A stretch of DNA of 64,000 bases from the NCBI GenBank assembly GCA_001687465.1, contig LVLI01000346.1, positions 62,001 to 126,000 of the forward strand, in the 5' to 3' direction. The notes under the pieces were generated by a model. It made no database searches, was not told where the DNA came from, and saw nothing but the letters and a program-made list of their open reading frames with translations. Position 1 is the first letter of the stretch; the number at the start of each line of letters is the position of its first letter. Positions 22,908 through 36,570 of the stretch are shown piece after piece. Source of the stretch: Halocafeteria seosinensis. Lineage: Eukaryota. Position numbers and translations under genes: made by a program.

Positions 22908-23769
22908 ATGATCTCCAGAGTAGCGAAGAACGCTTCCCGGACAATTCCCTCCACCACCCGGCAGAATTTCGGGGATCTGTCCTGTAGATATGCTCACACC
23001 CTCATGGCGACTGATCCCAAGTTCATACTGAACTATTTCGTCGTACAAACCCGGCAAGAGAAACCAAGCGGCGTAAAACCTTTCGTAAGGGTTGAAGTTT
23101 CTGACCAGGTGTTCGAGGATATCAAGAAAGGCCAGGTATGACGAGCATTTCCCGAGTCACAAACAGTGTTCTCATTTATATCCTTATAGGAATGTCTTCA
23201 TGGCTATTCTTGCAGGTAAAGCAAGGAACTAGTGGAGGGCAAAGCGTACGTCAAGCTGCGCTGCAGTGCTGATGTGGAATTGTGTGGATCACTCATCGAC
23301 TGTTTACTGGTGCATTGTGCAGGGACCTTCAAGTCATTGGAAAGTTGGAGGCGATGCTATCAAAGACGAGGAAAAAATCACGGAGTACACTTTGGAGGGT
23401 ATCCACGACTGCGAATCGGGATACACTTGCCTCGTTGACGAGAAGACTGCTGAAAACACCATAGATAAGATTCGGCAACTCACTCCCGAAAGTGATGATT
23501 TGGATGACAGAGCCGCTGAGGAAGTGTCTGCTGTGAAAGCATGTGAAAAGACTTGGGGACAATTTCTGGATGCCATAAAGAAGAAAAGCAAATCCGGCCA
23601 GGTAACCCAGCTTCCTGAGGAATTCTCTCAGTTCCTATTTATTGGGCATCTTGGTCCTGCTACTGACATGAACAGTGTCGCTCTGTTCACTAAGGGTACA
23701 AAGAATGAGAGAAATGGAATTCTGTTGTATGCGCACAATGCGAAAGAAAACGCCGATGACATGTTCTAA
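22908..23769 (+). CDS. Hypothetical protein, possibly a very divergent TCTP-like protein (3 exons)
   Basis: Exons ...IKKGQ|VKQGTSGGQS|GPSSHWKV... join in phase 0. The C-terminal region weakly resembles TCTP (see findings). Start may be 22908 or the later MATDPK ATG. Confidence 0.65.
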
Positions 23770-24203
23770 GCAACTACTGTAGTAGAAAATAGAACCCAAT
23801 TTATCATCGCCAGCTACAGTAGTGTAAGGGTGCGTTTCCATACATGCCCTCTTATAACAAATACCCAAATATAAACTCTGTTTATTTCGAAATATGTTGT
23901 CATTCTGATACGACGCGCGGAAAATCGCACTTGCTTCAGTGCGTTTAAACTTAACGCAGACTGCCGCCGGTCTGCCGGGGACAGCAACGGGACACATGTC
24001 CATGACCGCCAGGAGCGAGCTTACAATGTGTGTTCGATATTTATGTATCAATACAATAGTAGTATATATTATATTTTATCCCTGTGTAGCGTACAAGAGC
24101 ACGACAGAGTGCTATTACATCGTCATCTGTGTCTCGTTGCAGTTTCCGTTCTGACTGTCGGCGGACTGTGTAAAACATACTAACGTAACAAGAATCCAAA
24201 GAC

Positions 24204-25774
24204 ATGGATGAGATCATTTCCGGCGTTGGGGGCTTGCAATATGCCCGAAAAAAATCAAAGAAAAGCAAGGGACGAGAGAGAGAAGGCCAGGGAACCCCGA
24301 CGGACCCCACTAAACCTGGACGACGACCTCGACGGATAAGATTGAGCTTGGCACCTGTAAGAAGATAGGATCCTCTATGCTCTGTGCTTCCATCAAGTGT
24401 GTGGTTTTACCCTCTGCAATGCGCCCATGAACAGGACGTTACCCTGACATACAGAACCGACCATGTGCTCGGCAAAGGAACGTTCGGAGAAGTTTTCCGA
24501 GCCCACTTCGAGGAAACAAAGGAAACTGTCGCCGTGAAGAGAGTAACAGAGGTATCAGATTACCACGTAAGTGCGAAACAGCAACATAATTTACGTTCGT
24601 CAAGTGGAATCGTTGTTGATGGCCCTACAGAATAGAGAACTGGATATACTGTCTAGACTCAAACATCCAAACATCGTGGAACTGAAATATTCCTACACAG
24701 AGAATTATTCAAAAGTGAGACACGAAATTGTCACTGAGACTGGCAAACTCGCTTTCATTAAGTAAAGCTAGTTCCCCGCATTGCAGTTCTCCTGCCAGAA
24801 TCTAGTAATGGAGTATGTGCCGAACACACTGGCGAACATCATATCAGCTTACACGTCGCGATCCAAACGAGTACCGGGCTTCTTTATTAAAGTTAGTATT
24901 AACACGCTGACTATTAGAGGTTTGAGAATACCCAACTGAGCTACTGAACGTTTAATGCTACAGTTATACGCATATCAGAGCCTTAGAGCACTGGCATATA
25001 TGCATGGACTTGATATCGCTCACAGGGATGTGAAACCTCAAAATTTGCTGGTGAATCCTGAAACTCATGAAGTAAAACTCTGTGACTTCGGATGGTACGT
25101 ACCTGCGTTTACCAGATTAGCCTCGGGGAAACTGACCGTCTCATTCCCTTGCAGCTCCAAGGAAATTGGAAGAGGAACTTCCAGCACGTCGTACATCTGC
25201 TCGCGATACTATCGCGCCCCTGAACTGATATGCGGAAACAGCAATTACACTCCAGCAATAGGTAAGTGCAGTGCACTGATGGCTTCCCGCAGCCTAGGAA
25301 AGAAGTAACGGACGAGTGTTTACAGATATATGGTCGATCGGATGCGTAATAGCGGAAATGCAAATTGGGAGAGCGCTCTTTGTGGGTCAGGACAGTGCCG
25401 AAGTGATGACTGCTATTTCTCGATATATCGACTCGCCAACAGAGAGAGACGTGACAGCGCTTAACCCTGCGCTGGCAGGAACAAAATTCCCCAGAGTGAA
25501 ACGTGTGATTCCAAACGGTCTCAATCCGGGACAAGCCGATCCGCTATTGCTGGATCTACTAAGCAAGCTACTATGTTATAAGCCACATGAACGCTTGTCA
25601 GCTATTGAGGCATGTGCACATAAGTACTTTGACGAATTGAGGGATCCAAAGACAGAGCTCCCATCGAAAACTCTGAATTTATTTAACTTTTACAAGCCAG
25701 AGGTGGGCACACGCACATACTTGTATGAGCAACTTGTTCCAGAACATTACCGAGTACGCAAGCGACGCTACTAG
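24204..25774 (+). CDS. GSK3: GSK3/shaggy-like kinase (multi-exon)
   Basis: [67 protein letters not shown]. Confidence 0.92.
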
Positions 25775-25836
25775 CTGAGTTGCGGACAATGCTCAATCTG
25801 CTCTTGTAACAGCTAACTATCGAGCTCGAAAACAGA

Positions 25837-27540
25837 CTAGGCTTGCTCGACTATATCGAACGAACGCTTGGAGGTGCCACATACTAAAGAATGAGCGTTA
25901 TTGCCCCATGCTATGCTCCTCACAGTGCCTTCAACCTTTATCTCATTGGGTTGAGACCACTCCTTGACAACATGAAACCTGGGGACAAAGAAAAGTATAA
26001 CAAGATCAATATGGTACAAACGACAAACAAGGGACTGGTGGGACGCTATCACCTACCTCAAGCAGTCCGAACCTGAAGCAATATACTGGCCACTGAAATC
26101 AAACTTAACGTCATGCACCTTGGCGCCTACATCGAAAGAATGTACTTCTTTCAACTTCCGTAAATCCCATATTTTCACAGTGCCATCCTCTGAACCAGAT
26201 GTCATGTAATACCCATTCTCGCTGAACGATAGACTGGTCACCGGCTTCTCGTGGCCCTCGAACGTTGCTGCATTTTTCTGTGTTTTCATGTCCCAAAATC
26301 GCACCTTGTTATCGCTACAAGAAGCGCCCATTATTAATCCATCTGGATGAAACCTTGTCGTTGTGTAGCCGGGTGAGTCGGTGCTGTGTTTGAAATGAGA
26401 AATTGTCCTGCCACTATCAAAGTCAGCCAGCGCCCAGTCGCCTTGAGCACCCGCATAGCAGAAGTACTGGCCGAGAGGATGTACCGATACGGAAACTACA
26501 GAATCATCAATTTCGTCGAAACTGGCAGCTTCATGTAACTTTAGATCAGAATCAATCGTCCAAGTCTTGCAGGAGCCATCAGCGGAGGCAGTCAAGATGG
26601 CCTGACGGGCTGATTCAGGGTGGAATATTGCTTCATTAATCTTCTTGCTGTGAGTGGCAGTGGACACAATTCTGCCTGCATCTAAGTCAAATATGTGAGC
26701 ATTGTAGTCGTCTCCGGCGGTCAAAATGTGTGATGGGTTCCCGGGAGAGATGTCAACGCTATTGACGGCAGGTTTTGCTGTCTTATGTATCTTCTCAGAT
26801 CTGGTAATGCTGAATGACGAAATATCTTCCTTAGATGCAGTTCCTTCAGGGATTTTCCGGTTTCGTCGAGCTTTGGATAGCGCTTTGGCTTTATCTTTCA
26901 TCTTCTGGAGCGCATCATCAGGGATTCCTTCAGACATAACCTTATTCCCTCCTCCGTTTGCCATATCTGTGTCTTGCTGCTCACCTCCACCGCGTGACTG
27001 TAAAGCAGCCTGGGCGTTAGCTAAGGCGGAACGCGCTTCATCACGTTCGCGTACTAGTCGTGCAATGACGCGACAGGATGCATCGTGCTGGTACAGCGCC
27101 TGGGAGAGTTCTTGTCTAACATGATCTAACTGCTGCCGGAGGTTATATGTTTCAAGCATGACGCTATCCCATTCCTTTTGAAATTGAGATATCATGCCAG
27201 GTATACTAGTGGCTTCCACCGGCCGGGGTGCGACAGCTTTGTTACCTGCACGACATACCATGAAAAAGGATTAAGTGAAATTGCACAACAGTGCATGTAA
27301 TAGTGGCCCTACTACTACATACTCTTTACAGCGATCAAATCCTGCAAAGATACCTCTTCGTTTGTAACTGGGTCGGTACCTGTCTCGTCAATGTGTTTCT
27401 CGATTAGCCGCCTTTCATAGATATGTCCCGACTTTGAGCACAGGACAGGGTCCTGAGGAACCTCACCGGAAACTGCAGTACGAAACAGGGAAACATTGTG
27501 AAATGTATAGCGGTTTATGTACGAATTATCCTCAACACCA
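25837..27540 (-). CDS. PRP19: Pre-mRNA processing factor 19 (U-box, coiled coil, WD40); 5' end unresolved
   Basis: U-box SGEVPQDPVLCSKSGHIYERRLIEKHI, Prp19 motif ATSIPGMISQFQKEWDSVMLE...LYQHDASCRVIARL, WD40 repeats (FHPDG, FSENGYY, IWDLRK). The first micro-exon is ambiguous. Confidence 0.93.
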
Positions 27541-28101
27541 TTGTGAAATGCCGTGGTGTACCGTAGCAGGGGACGGCCAAGGGCACGACTGACCCCAGTT
27601 GCTTTTGTTGTTTCCAAGGGGCAATACGTCCCCTTGCAATCCATTCACCAATTATAGGCCATTTGGGCTCTTCAATAATGAAAATCCGAAGGAAGGAGGC
27701 AGTACTTACTACTGCAAAACATCGTTCTCTCTCTGGGTATGTGTTGGATACGAAATCCACCCGGCAATACGCTATTTGAAAGAGTATTTCAAAGCTTTCA
27801 GAAGTCCTGCAATCCACGACTGTGTGTACCAAGACCTTGCCTCGTTCAAGCCATCCAACATCAACCTGTCCAATGAGAACTTGTATAGTGTAACACACCA
27901 GGAAAGCCTTGAAAGGACCCACAAAATAAGGGTGCCACGAGGAAACAATCATTTGTGCCATAAATCCGGTCCCAACTTCAACGTGGATGCATAATGACGT
28001 GACGCATACCGTATGTCGAACACTTTGTCAGATGAGAAGTAACGTATGATTGGATCTGCATTGCTCTAGTGGCGGATAGTATACGTGGGAGGTGCGCCAA
28101 G

Positions 28102-29379
28102 ATGGCAGAAAACGACTTGGAGCGCAGCATCCTGAATGCTGGTTCACAGCCGGAATTGTACAGAGAAGACATCGAAGCTCGAGAGGAAGCTCACCAAAGC
28201 GCTACAAGGGAGAAGGAGAGCGCCGAATATGGAGACTTGGATGAAAAATATGGATTAGGAGAGAAACAGTTAATAGATGAACAGGACTACGGTTACGTTC
28301 GCCCAGGAGTGACGAGGTTAGTGACCGAAGATTCAAGTTCATTATGATAGTCAAAGCGTAAAACATAGACACGATACACTGCAGTCGACAACACAGAGGA
28401 TACAAGGAGGATGTTCCGTATGTTCCTGCGAACCGGCCAGGGCATAATACGGGTCCTAAAGGGGTGATGGCAGACAAGCGAGCTCATGATAGGGCAAAGG
28501 CTCAAGAGGTATTGTGAGGGTGTCAATATTGAACAGCTGGCCGACGGTATTCTTCATTTTACATTTCGGTTGTTGACAGAGAGAAAGGCAAAAGCTGGAG
28601 TACCAAGCAAAGCTAGAAAGGCTACAGGAGGGACATGTATCCGATTCGCCCAGTACTTCTCTAGCTTCAACCATGATGCAGGAACGAGAAAATTTCAAGG
28701 TATGGACTCGGGGTCCGGGGGCACCACAGGGAAGTTTATCTTGTCCGATTGAACTATGATCTGTTTCTTTCCCGTTGTTATCTCAGAGAGAGATGAATGC
28801 AGACAATGAGTCGGCGGAAGAGGAAGAAGCAGAGGTTGACGTGGACAGCATAAGTGACAGTGAGTTCTTCCAACAATACCGCCAACAGAGGATGCACGAG
28901 CTCCGGCAAGCTTCGAGGTTACCTCAATACGGCTCGGTTATAGAGGTAGACGACCCAAACAAACTCCTGGATGAGATCAACAATGCGAGCTACGCAACGC
29001 CGGTCGTTGTGCACTTATGGGAAGACTACGAACCCAAATGTAGAGCGCTGAATCAATGTCTTACTGAGGCTGCTGCAAAATTGTCTCATGTGAAAGTATG
29101 TTGGCATCTGATCAGCCTTGTGACTTCAACGAAAGTCATTGTTGTCTTTCTCTGCTTTCCCAGTTTGTATGTATACGCGCTCGCTTAGCGAGTCCAGAAG
29201 GAAAATGGGACCCGATAGCCTTGCCCACACTTATCGGCTACCGTGGCGGAGAAACAATCGCATCGATGGTCCGGGTATCGGACGATATAGGAGCAAATCC
29301 GAGCGTCGAGGACTTGAATTCGTTCTTGTCATCCAATATCTCGAATTTCGGTGCCACAGAAAGCGCAAAGCTTGTATAA
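28102..29379 (+). CDS. PDCL: Phosducin-like protein (PhLP1 type; multi-exon)
   Basis: GHNTGPKGV motif, FFQQYRQQRMHEL, YGSVIEV, VVVHLW, ALPTLIGYRGGE thioredoxin-like domain. Confidence 0.88.
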
Positions 29380-29383
29380 AGAT

Positions 29384-30024
29384 TCAAAAGGACATCTCCT
29401 GTTTCTCTTTTATGGAGTCAGGGTCGTATGCCAGTTCTTCGTTCGTCAATTTGAGGAGATTGATCAGGACCTTGAATCTTGCTCGAACAACCTGCAGATC
29501 ATCCATCATTTGTTCGCTCTGTGGATCATAGAGTTTCGCAGTTGAAATGGTATCTAAAATCTTTTCAGCAGTCTTGCAACACCTGCAATCGGCGAAGTGT
29601 CACTTTCGAGAGCACATCAGTTACGTGGAATTACCCCGACATACTTGGTGGAAGGATGAAGGACGGAAAACTCTTGCTCTTCCGTTTCTCCAGAGCGAAG
29701 GACAAGTTCGGCAATGCCCGCGTAATATCCTAGTTCTTGTCCTGTTTGCGAACCCTTCTCAATTCTGCATATTCATGGCGTAGCTGCGTATATCAAACAC
29801 CGTGAGACTACCCCCTTCATCTCTTGGACCTACCCTAAGTCTCTTCCTTCAAGCCATCCTAACTGTCTCCCAGCCTCATGGCCTTCTTTCAAGCCTTTCG
29901 AGAGAAGCTGCTCTTCCAGAGTGTATACACTTCGAAATAAGTCATCATCTTCTTGGTTCATGTTATCCTGTTCGGATGTATCTGCAGCTTCTTCGGTGTC
30001 GTTTGGCTCCTTTTCGGCCGACAT
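29384..30024 (-). CDS. LTO1: LTO1/ORAOV1 CIA Fe-S targeting adaptor (3 exons)
   Basis: Spliced GX3 repeats GLKEGHEAGRQLGWLEGRDLG|IEKGSQTGQELGYYAG; C-terminus DLQVVRARFKVL...KQEMSF* with stop at 29384-29386. Confidence 0.83.
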
Positions 30025-30274
30025 TCTCTCCTCGCGTTCATGGACTATTAACTCTGCCCACGTTTGTAGTGATCACGAAATCAATTGCCCGGAAAAAATG
30101 TCCTAACAATGCTAATATGCAGCATAATACTCTGTATAAACCCTCAGAGTCCAAACTTCAACTTGAGGTGTAGTGTTGCTTTTTCCATTGCCGTTCCTAG
30201 TATGTGCTATATACCAAGAGTTGTGTCCGACTGCCACTGTGATACAGTTCTCGTTTACGTTTCCTATCTTTATA

Positions 30275-32613
30275 ATGGCGAAAAAACGACAGGGGAGAGG
30301 GAAAAAGCCCTCGAATACCCGTGGAGAGCATGCTGAGGCCGTCGAAGGTGACGAGATTGATCAGCACTTTCACCAGAAATTCGAGGCCGATAGCGATGAT
30401 GAACACCAGCATAAGCAAGGTAAGAGTAATGTAGTCTTTGCGTTCATTATGGCAGTCGATGGAGTTGAAAAAGGGGGGAAGCTGAGGCCCCGTTTGTGTA
30501 TAAAATGGCAGAGGAACATGCAGTGACACACTCACTCTCTTCTTTAATGATATATGCAGAGGAGTCCGATGACGATGACAACAATCAGGATGAAGGAGTC
30601 TTTGATTTGAACGTTGATGACGACGACGAAGATGATGACGAGGATGATGATGAAGATGAAAATGATGATTCGGACGAGAATCAAGAGGGCAATGATCAAG
30701 AAATGAATGAACTCCTTAATAATCCAGCTCTACAGAATCAAATGGAAAGCTCAGATGATGAATCGGACGAGGAGGAGCGCGAGAATGAATTGGCGCGTAT
30801 AACTGCCTCGTGGGGTAAGAAAAAGAGTGCCTACTATAACCAGGAGACAGCAGAGGTGGGAGCTGACAGTGACGAAGAGGAGCAAATGGCTGAGGCTGAG
30901 GAGGAGGAAGCGCGTCGACTAAAACAGAAGCATGCTGAAGATCTGCAAGAAGAAGACTTTGACCTGGATGCGGATATAGCTGAGGAACAGAATGAGAAGG
31001 GAAAGACGAAGAAAAAGAAGAAGGGAGCTACTCCGGAGAAGGGCTCAAAGTCGGGGAATCGCAAGGCAAACACGAACGGAAGTATGGCCAATGGTAGCTC
31101 ATCTTTGCAAGCTGACGGATACGAACACATTGACAAGGACTTAAGTAAACTTACAAAATCTGAAAAACTTGAAGCTGTAATGAATGATGCCCCAGAGTTG
31201 ATGGGATTGCTGGAGGAATTCTCCAAGAATAGCACTGAATTGAAAGAAACGATTTCTCCCATATTGCAGCAGTTCAAGCAGGGAGGGATCAAGAATTCTG
31301 GTGGAATGCAGTATTTAGAAGTCAAGAATCAGTTATTATTGAGTTACGTTACGCATATTATATTTTACCTTCTACTAAAAGCTGAAGGCAAATCGGTTCG
31401 GGATCACCCCGTTGTTGAGCGTCTTGTAGAAATCCGAACGATGCTTGAGCGAGCCAAGCCTATTGACTCCAAACTGAAATATCAAATTGATCGGCTGGTT
31501 AAAGCTACGTACTCGACCGCGCAAGATGCTGGAAAGCTTGCAGATCCGTCTGCTCCTGTAAACGAGGAAGTTCTTAAGCCCAATCTAGATGCGCTGGAGT
31601 CTCACGAAGCTGAAAACGATGAGAACGGAGCTTACCGCCCGGTAAAACGGGCTGCTGTTAGTTTCGAGGATGATTCTGCTTCCAAGGCAGCCTCCGATCG
31701 GAGAACTAAACGTATGCAGGAAAAAGCCAGACAGAGTCGTATTTACTCTGACCTACGGAATGAGTTCTCAGAAAGACCCGAAGAATTGGGAGATACGACA
31801 GGCACTGGTGAACGCAACGAATCCAGTAGGCGCGCAAAAGAACTGGATAAGAAATTAGCTAGGCTTGAAGACGAAAGACGGCGATATGAAGAGGATAACT
31901 TTGTCCGGCTTCCCGTCAGCAAGGAAGAGAAGAAACTACGGCGTGAAAGAGACCGTGAACGGCAACGCTTGGACGCTTTGGGTGAGCTGGAAGATTTCGG
32001 GGAAATCGGAAACGCCGCGCACGAGGACACGGATGCAGGTATAAGTTTGAACGAAAGTAAATCTTCGCGCACACGTTCTCTACAGGATTACGTCAGTGAT
32101 TTCTCCGGGGCTCTTGCGGCTTCAAGCGGACGACGAAAACGCCGAGGCGAGATCGAGTCCAAAGAAGAACAGAATACTGACATTAACGACAGGAGTATCG
32201 CAGACATGGAGGCGCATGATGAAATGTTTGAAAACGAACTTAGTGATGAAGATATCGATGACTTTTATAGTAAAGCCAAGGAAATGCAAGACCAGAAAAA
32301 GCAAGCGAAAGCCGACAAGCAGAAAAGGCAACGCGAAGAGCAACTGGCACACGTGGTTGAAGCGGAGAGCGACGAAGAAGTGGAAGAGGATAAGAAGCGA
32401 CGTGTTGGTTCTGATATCAGACACAATAAGGGCTTGAGCAAGTACAGGAAGAAATCGGAGAAGAACCCACGAACGCACAATCGACTCAAAGCTTCCAAAC
32501 GACAGAAACGGTTGAAAGGTCAACAAGCTCCAATGCGTACAGGTGAAGCAGCAGCTTACGCAGGCGAAGCCACAGGTATCCGATCTTCTATCACCAAGAG
32601 TAGGCGCATGTAA
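30275..32613 (+). CDS. SAS10: SAS10/UTP3 small-subunit processome protein (2 exons)
   Basis: WGKKKSAYY, Sas10/Utp3/C1D domain (YLEVKNQLLLSY...HPVVERL...KLKYQIDRL), C-terminal NKGL..YRKK..KNPR and YAGEATGIR. Intron ~30420-30559. Confidence 0.92.
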
Positions 32614-32935
32614 AATTGTCATCGATCATTTGAATACACAAGATGGCTCTATCGTTGTAATCAAAGCAATTCACTCATGTGCGGATGCTCATAACTTTAT
32701 TGCATCCGATGTTGTTTAAGTTGCCAATATCTAGTACAATGGCTAGTTTAATACTGCCACTTGCAGTAGAGGAATCAGGAATGGTTACGTAACTTACAAC
32801 TCCGTAATACGGCGGGATAAGACTCGTCCCACCACTAGCTACAACCTTGTACTTAATGAAGATGATGTGTTGACAGGTCACACCTCGGTAATTCTCCTTT
32901 TCGAGTGGTACGATCCCTGGAAGTCGATCCTAAAA

Positions 32936-34465
32936 ATGGCATCCTCTCAAGGAGACATCTGCCACAGGGATAGTGAGGAAGTCGCCACCCACATGGAACA
33001 TGTGTCCCTGGATGTATCAGGTGTGGAATCCTACACGGTCCAGCATTTAGCCCACAGCTATCCTGACGTCGCTGCCGTGGACAAGTAAGTCTACCTCCTT
33101 TTCTCTTTGGCACGTATTTGTTTAATGCTGTGTTAATGTGTACGCAGTCCACTAACCAAGCGAAGCTGGCCGGAAGCCAAGAATTTCGTGGGGCACGATG
33201 AGCGCATACTCAGCACCCATGTTCTCAATAGTCACAAGGATGCCACGGTACGGAAGCCTATAATGTGCATGCGCGCGGGGCCCACCGAAAAAGTACACTT
33301 TCGGCCTGAGGAAGTACGCGCGGCTATCGTCACATGTGGAGGACTCTGCCCAGGATTGAACACGGTGATCCGGGAGCTCGTTATGGCTCTTACGTTCACC
33401 TATAATGTTCGACAGATTTACGGGGTAAAGGATGGTTACAGAGGGTTCTATGAAACAGAACTAATGCCGCTAGACAAAGAGACGGTCTCCACGATTCATA
33501 GATGGGGTGGCACAATCTTAGGAACTTCGCGTGGGGGATTCGACCTGCAGAAAATTTGTAATGCTATCGCAGATAAGAAGCTTAACCAGATTTACATCAT
33601 TGGAGGAGACGGGACACACAGGGGAGCACAACAAATTGGAGAGGAACTAATCCGACGTGGCCAACGTGTTTCGGTGGTAGCCATACCGAAAACCATCGAT
33701 AACGATATTCCTATAACCGACCGGTCCTTTGGTTTTGACACCGCCGTCACTGAGGCTGTTCACCCAATAAATTGCGCCCATACGGAAGCGAGGGCTGCAC
33801 CGAATGGAATTGGTTTGGTGAAACTAATGGGAAGGCAAAGCGGTTTCATTGCGATGCACTCGTCGCTGGCGAGTCGGGACGTCAACCTGTGCATAATTCC
33901 TGAGGCTCCATGGACGTTACAGAATGTATGCCAGTTTTTGGAGGAGCGTTTTAAAAGAAGTGATCACGCTGTGATTGTTGTGGCAGAAGGTGCAACTTGT
34001 CCGGAAATGAAGGATAAAGAAGGTACGTGATTGATGAGGGTCGTACGTTCTTGGTCCATAATCCATTGGTCTGAAACCGTTGAGTGATCTGATTCAGAAA
34101 CTCATGGAACCGATGAGAGTGGAAACCCTATTCTACCGGACGTCGGAAATTTCCTCAAGAAAGGGATCGACCAATACTTCAAAAACAAGGGGGAGAAGAT
34201 GACTATCAAATATATAGAGCCGACTTACATGATTCGCTCAACTCCGGGAAATCCTATAGATTCATTGTACTGCGCGGACTTAGCGTTTCAGGCAGTTCAT
34301 GGAGCATTTGCTGGTTACACTAATTTTACTGTAGGTATGGTAGACGGGCAGTATGTTTGGTTGCCTATCATGGCGGTCGCTTGCCTTCCCCCGCGAAACG
34401 TAGATATTCATGGCCCGGAATATTCTCGCTTATGCTTAGCTACGGGTCAACCGAAATTGGCCTAG
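32936..34465 (+). CDS. PFK: ATP-dependent 6-phosphofructokinase, plant/protist type (3 exons)
   Basis: AAIVTCGGLCPGLN, GGTILGTSRG, IGGDGT (Gly at the ATP-specifying position), PKTIDND, KLMGRQSGF, KYIEPTYMIRS. Confidence 0.93.
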
Positions 34466-35065
34466 GATGCATGTTCTGGCCAAGTAATGACGATGTCTAG
34501 TAGACGATCAATTGTATTTATTCGTTTCCGGTGTTACGTAATTGAGGTTGGAGTTCTTGTACGATGTGTCTGGCGCTCCTGCGTCAAAGTACCCTCTATG
34601 GCATTAGTTAGTATGAGTGGAATTCCGGTAATAGCATAATGGACTATGCTTTTATTTCCGTGCTTTTCGGAAATGTGGAGTCTTCTGTACTACGACGTAG
34701 TTCTTCCCAGCCTAGGTGAGCAAAGCTGGTGAGGTTGCTGGGGCTTTATGCAAAAGGCAAAATCTATGACTCCCCGAGTGGTATCATAGCTGGCCATACT
34801 ACACTCTTCATAAGACAAATCCTAGTGGTATGCTTTCGAAGCGGATGAGGAAACGAGCGACCAACGTGAGCCACGGTGGCAAGGATGATCCTGGTGCGAA
34901 ATTCGAATTCATTCGCGTTGTTCACAATTCTTGCTACGTCGGAATTCATGAACTTTCCCAAGGATTCAAAGCAGTTCCATGGTCACAAGCATCAGCTTTG
35001 ATAGGCCGTCTGCCATTGGATATTCCCATGTAATGTAATCTCACGGTGTTTGGCAGCTGATATCG

Positions 35066-36049
35066 TCAACTTGAATTTGCTGTTGTGGACAACTCCTCCC
35101 GCCTTTGAGACGACTCCTTCATAATTTTACGAAGATATTGCAACGATACGGTTAATCTCGCCGCCTCATCTGTTTCGTGCGATTCGAAAGCGCCTTGCAG
35201 GTTGGACAAGTTTTCCTCGATCATCTGGTTTACGTCCTTTTCGACGTTTTCTAGATCCTCTTCTTTGGAAGCCCCGCTAATTGTTTCTCTATACTCCATT
35301 ACCATCATTAGCAAAGATGGATCAATGTTGGTTGACGAGTCTTCCGATAGCACGTCGCGTCCATATTGGGTTTTCAGCTGGAGAGCAACGGATGTTCAAA
35401 ATTGTGAAATCAACACCCTTCCAGATTATCACGGGAAGCACATACCAGGTGGTTGGCCCTCGTACAAGGGTCCGCAAGAACGGCATATGCCTGATTTAAC
35501 GCCGTAGATATGGAAGTTGCTATGTCACGTTCCTCCTGCAGCGTGGTCGATTGTGTACACGGATGGTCCAATCACCGAGAATATTTCTCTCTTACCTCTG
35601 AGCTCTGATGCAACTTATCTGGGTGAATCTGTTTCTGTCGGGTCTTCATTTCATTCGAGAGTTCTTTAGGATCAAGAGTGAAGGATGGATCTCTGTACAG
35701 CGTTCCATGATTAAGAACCCTCGGGAATCTGACAACGTCAAGGATCAACTTACCTTCCGAATAACCTAAAGTAGAAGTCGGAGTATTCAGCATCTTCTCC
35801 TTTGAGTGGGTACTGAATGCGACTGCATTCCGGACAGAAGTACTCCCAGTGGTCCATCACATGGCCACAATTCCAACACTTGCAGTGGTTCAGAGCGCTT
35901 GGTTTGGAAGCATCAGCCGTAAATCGCCTATCAAGTCTCCACCCCACTCTCCTCACCGGCGTTACCACTGGGACAGTGCTCGGAATCTTAGCAGCGGCGG
36001 ATACTCCCAAACGGGGCAAAACTCGCTGTATATGCCTTTGAATCATCAT
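35066..36049 (-). CDS. HSCB: HscB/Jac1 mitochondrial Fe-S co-chaperone (multi-exon)
   Basis: Presequence-like N-terminus, CWNC...FCPEC zinc motif, J-domain QKQIHPDKL, C-terminal LLMMVMEYRE...LQYLRKI. Confidence 0.9.
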
Positions 36050-36570
36050 TGCATTGCACGCGTGCCAAGGCTCTACCCCCCAATGAATACTCCAATCTTT
36101 TGATAAACCTTGTTCCCCTCTCAACAACGTCGTATCGCTATATATAGACATTCATTGGGTGACGATCCTGATGACCATTGATCGTGTAATGCAGTAGAAC
36201 CCAGCGTATATAGCAGAAAGCTCTACAGAGCTGTGAAACTCCGTGTGAATCTCGGGAGGTTTGCTACAACACAGCGTCTGTTTCCAGCATTGTGTGGTCG
36301 ATAGCTACCCTTTAAGATGCCCCATATTGCGAGAAGAGTTAGAGGTCTCTCGCATAGATCCGCCTCTGTATGGCAATAAAGGGGTGTTCCTGGCAAGTTC
36401 GGCCATTTTACAGCTTGCCGGAGGGTAATGTCGGGTGAATAGGTGAGCTATATTACATGTATCAATGTCACAAACTTTCATTGTAGAGAAATGGTACGGC
36501 AATTTGCTGTCTCAAGGTCTCTGTACTGTACTGTAGCGCCTATCAGCAAAGACTTACAAGTTCTTGTTTG

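Noticed and set aside
27515..27994. ORFs 27515-27961 (-) and 27599-27994 (+) between PRP19 and phosducin
   Set aside because: No family features; probably divergent promoter or UTR, though part could contribute the PRP19 first exon.
30834..32622. Long antisense ORFs over SAS10 (similar ones lie over MPS1, SAS-6 and TFIIE)
   Set aside because: Shadow ORFs caused by the codon bias of charged low-complexity sense proteins.
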